From contig OZ251459.1 of the NCBI GenBank assembly GCA_965242525.1, forward strand, positions 1,609,214 through 1,673,213: a stretch of 64,000 bases of DNA, given 5' to 3'. The notes beneath the pieces were generated by a model. That model was not told the origin of the DNA. It worked only from the letters and a program-made list of their open reading frames with translations, and did not search any database. Shown piece by piece: positions 1 to 7,482 of the stretch. Each line of letters begins with the position of its first letter. The first letter of the stretch is position 1. The DNA comes from an uncultured Candidatus Binatia bacterium (lineage in GTDB: Bacteria > Desulfobacterota > Binatia > UBA9968 > JAJDTQ01). The position numbers and the translations under genes are program-made.

Positions 1-788
1 TTGAGGAAGATGTCCACGGCTTCCTGCGGGTTCTCCACCGACCAGGCGATGCCCTTGTAGGTGGCGGCCAGGAACCGCCTCACCAGGTCGGGCCTCTCCT
101 TCGAGGTCTTGCCGGACACCATCAGGCCGTTGCCGTAGGTGCTCATGCCGTAGTCCGCGTACAGCATGTACACGGGCTTCTTGCCCACAGTGGCGGAGGC
201 TTTGTCCACCGTCGGCTTCTCCGTGTAGAAGATCAGGATGGCGTCCACCCGGCCGGCCATGAGGCTCGGGGTGGTGGCGGGCACCGTCATGTTCACCCAC
301 GTGACCTTGTTGTGGTCGAACTCGTTGATGCTCGCGAAGGCCGGGAAGATGACGCGGGAGGCGTTGGCCTCGGGGGAGCCGATGCGCTTGCCTTCCAGGT
401 CCGACGGCTTGGAGATCTTGTTGGCCGCCAGCGTGGCCACGGTCTCCAGGGTCTTGTCGTGGATCATCCCGACCATCCTGAGGTCGGCGCCCCGGGACTT
501 GGCCGCGATCATGTTCCCCACGGACGCGAAGCCGAAGTCCTCGGTGCCCGAGGCCACCCGCTTCACCGTGTCGCCGGAGCCGAAACCGCGGGTCATGGCC
601 ACGTCGAGCCCGGCCTCCTTCCAGAACCCCTTGTCGATGCTGGCGTAGAACATGGCGTGCTTGCCGTAAGGGATCCAGTCCAGGGCGAACTTCACCTTGT
701 CCTGGGCCGACGCTCCGCCGACCCACGCCCAAGACAGCAGCAGGGCTGCGAGCACGACACGCAACGATACCTTGTGGATGCGCTTCAT
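1..788 (-). CDS. ABC transporter substrate-binding protein, NMT1/THI5-like (aliphatic sulfonate/nitrate/taurine family); 3' end cut by window edge
   Basis: The reverse translation begins MKRIHKVSLRVVLAALLLSWAWVGGASAQDKVKFALDWIPYGKHAMFYASIDKGFWKEAGLDV. It has a signal peptide followed by an SsuA/TauA-like fold, and a GGAGG-type SD upstream. Its stop lies beyond position 1. Confidence 0.8.
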   Translation of the reverse strand, partial: MKRIHKVSLRVVLAALLLSWAWVGGASAQDKVKFALDWIPYGKHAMFYASIDKGFWKEAGLDVAMTRGFGSGDTVKRVASGTEDFGFASVGNMIAAKSRGADLRMVGMIHDKTLETVATLAANKISKPSDLEGKRIGSPEANASRVIFPAFASINEFDHNKVTWVNMTVPATTPSLMAGRVDAILIFYTEKPTVDKASATVGKKPVYMLYADYGMSTYGNGLMVSGKTSKERPDLVRRFLAATYKGIAWSVENPQEAVDIFL

Positions 789-876
789 TTCCGTACCTCC
801 GAAAGTTTTCGTGACAACCCCTATATCGAAAGAACCGCGCCCGCGCAACGCGCTTCCCCGCGCCGGGCCGCCGCTC

Positions 877-1650
877 CTACAGGTATTGCAGCCCGATGGT
901 CTTGCCCACCTGCCGCACGCATTCGGTGAACTCCGCGGACAACCGCATCTCCGGCGTCCGGGGCCGCGGCAGCCCGATCTCGATGATGTCGGTGATGTGG
1001 CCCGGCCGGGGCGTCATGACCATCACCCGGTCGGCCAGGAACACCGCTTCCGGTATGCTGTGGGTGATCAGCAGGCTGGTCTTCTTCTTCTCGCTCCAGA
1101 TGCGCTGCAGCTCCATGTTCATCTCGCCCCGGGTCATGGCGTCGAGGGCGCCGAAGGGCTCGTCGAGCAGGAGCAGCGAAGGCTCGTGCACCAGCGCCCG
1201 GCTGATGGAGACCCGCTGCTGCATGCCGCCGGACAACTCCCGCGGGAACTTCTCCCTGAACTCCGAGAGGCCGGTCAACTCCAGCATCTCCAGCGCCTTG
1301 GGATAGTACTCGGCCTTGGACAGCCCCAGGATCTCCACCGGCAGCATCACGTTGTCCATGACCGTGCGCCACTGGAACAGCACCGGCGTCTGGAACACGA
1401 TCCCGGTGCTGGCCTTCGGTCCGGTCACCGGGGCGCCGTTCACCAGCACCTCGCCCGCGGTCTTGTCCAGCAGGCCGGCGATGATCTTCATGATCGTGGT
1501 CTTGCCGCAGCCGCTGTGCCCCACCAGCGACACGAACTCCTGCTCGTGGACGTCGAAGGTGGCGTCCTCCAACGCGACGATGGGCGCGTCCTTGGAGGGA
1601 TACACCTTGGTGAGCTGCCTGACCTCGATGGCTTTCCCGGCTTCCGTCAT
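877..1650 (-). CDS. ABC transporter ATP-binding protein (SsuB/TauB/NrtD-like)
   Basis: Walker A GHSGCGKTT, ABC signature LSGGMQQRV and Walker B LLLLDEP are present, and the gene sits in an operon with the permease and substrate-binding protein. Confidence 0.9.
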   Translation of the reverse strand: MTEAGKAIEVRQLTKVYPSKDAPIVALEDATFDVHEQEFVSLVGHSGCGKTTIMKIIAGLLDKTAGEVLVNGAPVTGPKASTGIVFQTPVLFQWRTVMDNVMLPVEILGLSKAEYYPKALEMLELTGLSEFREKFPRELSGGMQQRVSISRALVHEPSLLLLDEPFGALDAMTRGEMNMELQRIWSEKKKTSLLITHSIPEAVFLADRVMVMTPRPGHITDIIEIGLPRPRTPEMRLSAEFTECVRQVGKTIGLQYL

Positions 1651-1704
1651 CCGATACCGTCCCGGTCCGTTGCGCCGACTCCCGCTGGCCCGAGCCGCCC
1701 GCGG

Positions 1705-2487
1705 CTACATGCCGAAGCCCGAGGGCTGGTCTTCCTCCCCGATGCTCCACGGGATCAACCAGAGCTCCAGCAGCACCAGGACGCCGTAGAGGACCAGGCC
1801 CAGGACCGACAGCACGATGAGGGCGGCGAACATGAACGGCGTGTTGACCTCGTAGTTGGAAACCATGACCAGGTACCCGAGGCCGGTGTTGCCGCCCACG
1901 AACTCCCCGATGATGGCGCCAATGACCGCCAGCGTGATGGCGATCTTCAGGCCGCCGAAGAAGTGCGGGAGAGCGTTGGGCAGGCGGACCTTGGTGAAGA
2001 CCTGCCAGTCCGTGGCCTGCAGCGACTTCACCAGGTCGAGCATCTCGGGCTGCACCATGCGCATGCCGCTGACCGTGGTGACGATGATGGGGAACCAGGA
2101 CACCAGGAACGCGATGAGCACCTTGGAGATCTCGCCGTACCCCACCCACACCAGCAGCAGCGGCGCGATGGCCACCTTGGGGACGATCTGGGCCACCAGG
2201 ATGAGCGGATAGAGCAGGTTCTGGAGCAGCCGGGAATAGACGATCATGATGGCCGAGACCACCCCCAGCACCAGCCCCATCAGGAACCCGTACACGGTTT
2301 CCCGGAAGGTCACCAGGGAGTGCTCCAGGAGCGGGCCGATGCGAAGGAACAGCGTCGCGATCACCTTGGACGGCGCGGGCAGGAGGAACTCGGAAACGGA
2401 GAACAGCCACACCGACAGCTCCCACAGCACGGTGAAGAGCGCGAGGCTGAAGGCGATGGTGCCGAGCTCCTTGAAACGTTCGACCAT
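1705..2487 (-). CDS. ABC transporter permease (SsuC/TauC-like, BPD_transp_1)
   Basis: The protein is 260 aa and hydrophobic with multiple TM segments (ALIVLSVLGLVLYGVLVLLELWLIP), and lies immediately upstream of the ATPase. Confidence 0.85.
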   Translation of the reverse strand: MVERFKELGTIAFSLALFTVLWELSVWLFSVSEFLLPAPSKVIATLFLRIGPLLEHSLVTFRETVYGFLMGLVLGVVSAIMIVYSRLLQNLLYPLILVAQIVPKVAIAPLLLVWVGYGEISKVLIAFLVSWFPIIVTTVSGMRMVQPEMLDLVKSLQATDWQVFTKVRLPNALPHFFGGLKIAITLAVIGAIIGEFVGGNTGLGYLVMVSNYEVNTPFMFAALIVLSVLGLVLYGVLVLLELWLIPWSIGEEDQPSGFGM

Positions 2488-2676
2488 TCGTTCCCCTCGT
2501 CCGGCAGGCGGTCCGGGGAGTCGGCGCGAGCGGGCCGGAGGGAGGCCCCTGCCGCCTCCCGCGGCGCGCCCGGACGGGTCCCGATCCAGCCCGCTTCATA
2601 CCACAAGTTCCGGCGCAAGGAACCCCGGAACGGAACTTTTTGCGCGGGCGGCCGGGGCCACGGCCAAGGCGGCCGA

Positions 2677-3681
2677 TCAGCGGTCCGAAGGGGGCCGCGC
2701 GCTGTCCGGGTCGGCGCTCGACCGGACCAGGGCCTCGACGCAAGAAGCGGTGTCGAGCATGGCGCACCCGAACCCGACGCTGGGTGGCGCCGGCGGCAGG
2801 GGTCCCTGCCAGTAGCGGTGCTGCGGCCAGCTTCCGTCGGAGCGTTGCCGGCCCAGGATCCGCTCCAGCGTGGCCCACAGCTCTTCGCCCTCCGGCGGGG
2901 CGCCCAGCACGTGCAGCGCGGAAAGGGCGCGGGCGGTGCGGAGGGTGTCGCCGTAGCCGCCGTCCGCGCCGCGGCGGGCGCGGATCCGGTCCGCGAGCCG
3001 GTCGCCCATGTCCCGGAACGCGGGCACGCCCCGCTGCCGGGCGCGGGCCACCGCGTCGTAGAGGTCCATGGCGTCGGGGTAGTAATGGGACGTCCCCTCG
3101 AAGTTCCCCTCGGTGACCAGGCCGGCGAGCCACGCCGCGGCCTGCGCGCCCAACTCGTTCCGGCCCTGTATGGCGAGGTAGCCCACCACGTTGGCGTTCA
3201 CCACGCTGTCCGGGACGTTGCCTTCGCCGGGCGGGGCGAGCCAGGTCCGGAACCTTCCCCTGTCGTCCCGGGCCGCGGACACGAGTCCCAAGTTCTGTCC
3301 GAACAGCACCCAGGGGTGCCACAGGATCGCCAGGGAGCAGACGCTGAGGCTGTCCAGGTCCCGCGGAAGCCGCGGCCAGTAGCGCCACGCGCCCGGATGG
3401 CTCATGGACCGGACGATGAACTCCCCGGACCGGTCCCGGACCGCCCGGGAGCGGGGGTCGTCGCAGACCTCCAGGGTGAGCGCGCCGAGAGCGGCCACGA
3501 AGGGGGGATGCTCCTCGTTGGACGGGCCTTGGAGGTCCAGGCTCGGGTAGCTCCACGAGGTCCATGCCCCGTCGCCGCGGATGGAGGCATGGAGGAAACC
3601 GAGGCCCCGGTCCACCGCGCCGCGCACCGCCTCCCGGAGGTGCGCCGGGACGGCGCCGTCGTTGTAGGATGAATGCTGCAT
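2677..3681 (-). CDS. Prenyltransferase / squalene-hopene-cyclase repeat (alpha/alpha-toroid) protein
   Basis: QW-type repeats RQRSDGSWPQH and RRGADGGYGDT are present, there are no LanC-type Cys/His motifs, and GC3 is high. The start was placed at MQHSSY because the longer ORF (to 3753) runs into the MITE cluster. Confidence 0.5.
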   Translation of the reverse strand: MQHSSYNDGAVPAHLREAVRGAVDRGLGFLHASIRGDGAWTSWSYPSLDLQGPSNEEHPPFVAALGALTLEVCDDPRSRAVRDRSGEFIVRSMSHPGAWRYWPRLPRDLDSLSVCSLAILWHPWVLFGQNLGLVSAARDDRGRFRTWLAPPGEGNVPDSVVNANVVGYLAIQGRNELGAQAAAWLAGLVTEGNFEGTSHYYPDAMDLYDAVARARQRGVPAFRDMGDRLADRIRARRGADGGYGDTLRTARALSALHVLGAPPEGEELWATLERILGRQRSDGSWPQHRYWQGPLPPAPPSVGFGCAMLDTASCVEALVRSSADPDSARPPSDR

Positions 3682-3699
3682 TGCAAGAGTTCCCTCTCC

Positions 3700-4080
3700 C
3701 TGTGGGGGCGCTTCAGGAATTCGTGTGGGTTGCGACACTTCCCATCCCGTCATCCCCGCGAAAGCCCCGTCTCGTCATTCCCGCGAAAGCGGGAATCCAT
3801 CCACTTTCCTCGCTCTTGTTGTAAAAACCTCTCATACAGGGCGCTATGGGGTTTGCTCGCAGGGTCTGGATTCCCGCCCCCGCTTCCGCGAGGACATGCT
3901 TTCGCGGGAATGACGGCGTGGGCGTCTGTGGAGCAATGACGGCGTGCCCCCTGTCGCTCCCCCTTTCCCTCTTGCCTTGCCCACACGAAAGCCGGAAGAG
4001 CCCCCTATGGGAAAGCGCGTCCTTCGACTTCGCTTCGCTCAGGACGAACGGGGTTCGTAGTTCAGGGTTTCCAAATCCGG
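3700..4080. repeat. MITE cluster containing family 2 (TIR CCGTCATTCCCGCGAAAGCGGGAATCCATC) and a partial family 1 copy (GCGTCCTTCGACTTCGCTTCGCTCAGGACGAACGG)
   Basis: Palindromic GTCATTCCCGCGAAAGC / GCTTTCGCGGGAATGAC arms are present, and the same units recur at about 11.2, 24.3, 25.1, 29.2, 42.3 and 45.9 kb. Confidence 0.8.
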
Positions 4081-4084
4081 CTTT

Positions 4085-4111
4085 ATCCAGTATAGTATAA
4101 AGGCATAATTT
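4085..4111 (+). promoter_or_regulatory. AT-rich putative promoter (CCAGTATAGTATAAAGGCATAATTT) upstream of the tandem repeat and HlyD gene
   Basis: This is a conspicuous AT island in a 70% GC background, with TATAGT/TATAAA -10-like hexamers, about 215 bp upstream of the HlyD start. Confidence 0.35.
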
Positions 4112-4238
4112 CGTCAGGCCCGTCAGGCCCGTCAGGCCCGTCAGGCCCGTCAGGCCCGTCAGGCCCGTCAGGCCCGTCAGGCCCGTCAGGCCCGTCAGGC
4201 CCGTCAGGCCCGTCAGGCCCGTCAGGCCCGTCAGGCCC
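4112..4238. repeat. Perfect 9-bp tandem repeat (CGTCAGGCC) x ~14
   Basis: The repeat is read directly from 4112 to about 4238. It translates as a (GPD)n artefact on the minus strand, and lies between the AT-rich element and the HlyD start. Confidence 0.95.
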
Positions 4239-4325
4239 GGTCTTCCGGCCGTGGTGGCGTCCCGCCCGGTCGGAACCCGGGCGCGCGCCTCCGGCGCCGG
4301 CGGGCATCCCGGAGCATTGACGCAC

Positions 4326-5228
4326 GTGTCCCTGTTCTACAACAAACTTTTCCGGGAGGAAGCCGTCGCCCGTCGGGCGAGCGGGGACCCACTGGACGAA
4401 CGGCTCCAGGTCACGGCCCGGCACGAGTGGATGGTGCTGGCGGGGCTCGGCTTGGCGCTCCTGCTGCTGCTCGTCTGGGGGGTCTTCGGAAGCGTGGAGC
4501 GCAGCCTTTCGGTCAAGGCCGTGCTGGTCCAGCCGGGCGAGCGCTACGCGGTGCTGTCACCCGTGTCCGGCAACGTGGTCGAACTCCTGGCCGAGGTCGG
4601 AGACACCCTCCAGGCCGGACAGGGCATCGCCCGGGTCCGTCTCCCGGAAGCCGAGCGCCAAGTCCGGATCACCCGGAGGATCCTGGACGCCGTCCGGGAC
4701 GGGACGGGAGGCGCCGCAACCGCCGAGATCCGGGCGGCGCTGCTCACCGCGGCGCGGGCCGAGGTCGAAGCCGTCGAGTCCCGCGCCGCGGAATCCATCG
4801 TGGCCCGGCGCGAGGGCCGGCTCGTGGCGCATCGCCTGGTCCCGGGCCAGCCGGTGCGCACCGGCGAGACCGTGGCCCAGGTCCGGGGCAGTTCCGATGA
4901 GCCGTGGCAGGCGCTGGCCTTCGTGTCGGCGCGGGACGCCGGGAAACTCGAAGCGGGCATGGAGGCGGAGGTGCGGGTGGCGCTGCCCGGGCGGCCGGGG
5001 ACCAGCCGGTTGGAAGCCCGGGTCCTGGAGGTGTCGCCCCGGACCGTGGCCGCCCCGCAATGGCTTGCGGACCTGGGCCTTGCCGCGCCCGCGCCGGCGC
5101 ACCTGCTGCGGCTGGTCCTGAGCGACCGGCCGCGCCTGCCGCTCGCCGACGGCGCCGGCGGACACGTGCGGATCGTGCTGGGGAACCGGTCCCCTGCGGC
5201 CCTGCTGCTGGCCAACACCGACCTCTGA
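4326..5228 (+). CDS. HlyD-family secretion adaptor of an NHLM/NHLP-type bacteriocin export system
   Basis: GTG start followed by [51 protein letters not shown] (N-terminal TM) and then a coiled-coil/beta-barrel-like region. The gene immediately precedes the C39-ABC gene. Confidence 0.75.
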   Translation: MSLFYNKLFREEAVARRASGDPLDERLQVTARHEWMVLAGLGLALLLLLVWGVFGSVERSLSVKAVLVQPGERYAVLSPVSGNVVELLAEVGDTLQAGQGIARVRLPEAERQVRITRRILDAVRDGTGGAATAEIRAALLTAARAEVEAVESRAAESIVARREGRLVAHRLVPGQPVRTGETVAQVRGSSDEPWQALAFVSARDAGKLEAGMEAEVRVALPGRPGTSRLEARVLEVSPRTVAAPQWLADLGLAAPAPAHLLRLVLSDRPRLPLADGAGGHVRIVLGNRSPAALLLANTDL

Positions 5229-5268
5229 TGCCTGCCGCGGTCTCGAACACCTGGGAGGAAACGCCGGC

Positions 5269-7482
5269 TTGAACGCGACGCCGAAGCGAGGGCGCGCTGC
5301 GCCGGAGCGGCGCCGGGCGCGCACGCCCCTGATGCTGCAACTCACCGAGACCGAGTGCGGGGCGGTGTGCCTCGGCATCGTGCTTGCGCACTTCGGGCGC
5401 TGGGTATCCGTCGAGGAGTTGCGGGAAACCTGCTCGGTGGGCCGGGACGGGTGCTCCGCGGCCGACATCTTCCGCGCGGCGCAGCGGTACGGCCTGGAGG
5501 CCCAGGGATGGCGCAGGCAGCCGAAGCACCTCCGCGGCATGCCGTTGCCCATGATCATCTTCTGGGAGTTCAACCATTTCGTGGTGCTGGAAGGCTTCCG
5601 CGGGGACCGGTTCCTGATCAACGACCCGGGCAGCGGCCACCGGACGGTCAGCGCGGAAGAGTTCGACCGGGCGTTCACGGGCGTGACGCTGACGCTCCGA
5701 CCGAAGCCCGAGTTCCGTCCGGGCGGCGTCCGCCCCGGTCTCCTGCACCGGATCCTGCCGTGGCTGCGCGACGTGAAGGAGCCGCTCGCGTTCGCCATGT
5801 GCTGCGGGCTGCTGCTGACCCTGCCCTCCCTCGCCATGCCGTTCCTGGTGGGCCTGTTCGTGGACTTCGTGCTGTCCGGGCGCGAACCGTCCTGGAGCGC
5901 GGCGCTGACCGGGAGCCTCGTGGGGGCCGCGGCCCTGCTCTACCTCCTGACTTGGCTCCGGGAACGCTGCCTCCGGCTGCTCTCCGTGCGCCTCGCCATC
6001 GACCACGGCGCGCGCTTCATGGAGCGGCTGTTCCGGCTTCCCATGGGGTTCTTCACCCACCGGCTGTCCGGCGACCTGACCTCCCGGATACAGCTCCTCG
6101 ACACGGTCTCGAACGTGGCCGCGCACCACCTGGCCGGCATCTCCATCGAGATCGTCACCAGCATGGCGTTCCTTGGGCTCATGCTGGCGTACGACCCGCT
6201 GCTCTGCGCCGTGGTGGTGGGACTGGGCGCGCTCAGCGCGGTGGCCATGCGCGTCCTGGCCCGGGTCCGGGTGGACGAGAACCGCAGGCTCAGGCGCGAG
6301 CAGGGCATGCTGTACGGCATCGGCATGTTCGGGGCCGGCAAGATCGACGCCTTGCAGGCGTCCGCCGCGGAGGACGACTTCTTCTCCCGCTGGACGGGAT
6401 ACCAGGCGCGGGAACTGGCCGCCCGGCAACGGTTCACCGAGCTCGGCCACCTCAACGCGGCCCTGCCCCTGCTGTTCCTGATCGCGGGCAACGCCGCGGT
6501 GCTGGGCATCGGCGGCTGGCGGGTGATGGCGGGCGACCTGACGGTGGGCATGCTGACGGCCTTCTACATGGCGGCGGTGAACTTCCTGCAGCCCATAGGA
6601 CGGTTCATCCAGTTCGCCGACATGTTCCAGATGCTGGAGGCGGACCTGCAGCGCCTCGACGACGTGTTCGACGCGTCCGAGGACCGCACCTTCCATCCGG
6701 CGGCGCCCTCTCCCCAGGGGGAGGAGGGGGAAGTCTCGACGTTGGCCGGGCGGCTGCGTCTGAAAGGCCGGGTCGAGCTGCGCAACGTCACCTTCGGCTA
6801 CCAGAAGAACCGCGAACCCCTGATCGAGGACTTCAACCTGACCATCGAGCCGGGCCAGCGCGTGGCCGTGGTCGGCCCCAGCGGCTCCGGCAAGTCCACG
6901 CTCTCGGCGCTGGTGGCCGGCCTCCAGCAACCGTGGTCCGGGGAGATCCTCATCGACAGGCACCCGCGCAGCGCCATCCCGCGGGAGGTGCTGACCAGTT
7001 CCGTGTCCCTCGTGGACCAGCACATCTTCCTGTTCGGGGGCACCGTGCGCGAGAACCTGACCATGTGGATCCCCGAGGTGCCGGACCAGATCCTGGTGGC
7101 GGCCGCCCAGGACGCGGCCATCCACGCGGAGATCATCTCCCGGCCCCTGGGGTACGACGCGCCGGTGGACGAGGGAGGACGCAACTTCAGCGGCGGCCAG
7201 CGGCAGCGGCTGGAGATCGCCCGGGCCCTGGTCAACAACCCGTCGGTCCTGATCCTGGACGAGGCCACCTGCTCCCTCGACACCATCACCGAGGTGCGCA
7301 TCGACGACGCCCTGCGGCGCCGGGGATGCACCTGCCTCATCGTGGCCCATCGGCTGAGCACCATCCGTGACTGCGACCTGATCGTGGTCCTCGACCAAGG
7401 GCGCGAGGTGCAGCGCGGCGCCCACGAGGAGTTGATGCGGGACACGGACGGACTGTACCGCCAACTCGTGGAGTCGTCTTGA
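5269..7482 (+). CDS. Peptidase C39 domain / permease / ATPase ABC exporter (NHLM bacteriocin system)
   Basis: The N-terminus LQLTETECGAVCLGIVLAHFGRW carries the C39 catalytic Cys, followed by 6 TM segments and an NBD with GPSGSGKST, FSGGQRQRLEIARAL and ILDEAT. An alternative start is MLQL at about 5332. Confidence 0.9.
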   Translation: MNATPKRGRAAPERRRARTPLMLQLTETECGAVCLGIVLAHFGRWVSVEELRETCSVGRDGCSAADIFRAAQRYGLEAQGWRRQPKHLRGMPLPMIIFWEFNHFVVLEGFRGDRFLINDPGSGHRTVSAEEFDRAFTGVTLTLRPKPEFRPGGVRPGLLHRILPWLRDVKEPLAFAMCCGLLLTLPSLAMPFLVGLFVDFVLSGREPSWSAALTGSLVGAAALLYLLTWLRERCLRLLSVRLAIDHGARFMERLFRLPMGFFTHRLSGDLTSRIQLLDTVSNVAAHHLAGISIEIVTSMAFLGLMLAYDPLLCAVVVGLGALSAVAMRVLARVRVDENRRLRREQGMLYGIGMFGAGKIDALQASAAEDDFFSRWTGYQARELAARQRFTELGHLNAALPLLFLIAGNAAVLGIGGWRVMAGDLTVGMLTAFYMAAVNFLQPIGRFIQFADMFQMLEADLQRLDDVFDASEDRTFHPAAPSPQGEEGEVSTLAGRLRLKGRVELRNVTFGYQKNREPLIEDFNLTIEPGQRVAVVGPSGSGKSTLSALVAGLQQPWSGEILIDRHPRSAIPREVLTSSVSLVDQHIFLFGGTVRENLTMWIPEVPDQILVAAAQDAAIHAEIISRPLGYDAPVDEGGRNFSGGQRQRLEIARALVNNPSVLILDEATCSLDTITEVRIDDALRRRGCTCLIVAHRLSTIRDCDLIVVLDQGREVQRGAHEELMRDTDGLYRQLVESS

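Noticed and set aside
697-3672. 991-aa plus-strand ORF, and the similar 914-aa minus ORF at 821-3565
   Set aside because: The composition is Arg/Gly/Pro/Ala/His-rich. The ORFs run antisense or out of frame to well-supported ABC transporter and toroid genes. They are typical spurious long ORFs in about 70% GC DNA.
2677-3753. LanC-like lanthipeptide cyclase interpretation of the toroid protein
   Set aside because: It lacks the conserved LanC Zn-ligand motifs (GxxG...WCxG...CHG), and the cores contain no Cys, Ser or Thr. QW-type DG(S/G)W repeats fit a prenyltransferase or cyclase fold instead.
4112-4238. Possible CRISPR array, also considered for the MITE nests
   Set aside because: The 9-bp units are contiguous with no spacers. 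MITE copies are palindromic with TIRs, vary in spacing and occur inside genes. There are no uniform repeat-spacer units and no cas genes.
4083-4424. ORF encoding (GPD)x13, which looks collagen-like
   Set aside because: This is a translation artefact of the 9-bp tandem repeat. The rest of the ORF is antisense to the HlyD gene start, with no SD and no signal peptide.
4744-7464. 906-aa minus ORF, plus other long Arg-rich frames (5355-7370, 15799-17952, 17052-20204, 35157-39692, 39802-41904, 46136-48748)
   Set aside because: These ORFs overlap strongly supported genes on the other strand or frame, and have a low-complexity R/G/P/H composition with no motifs.
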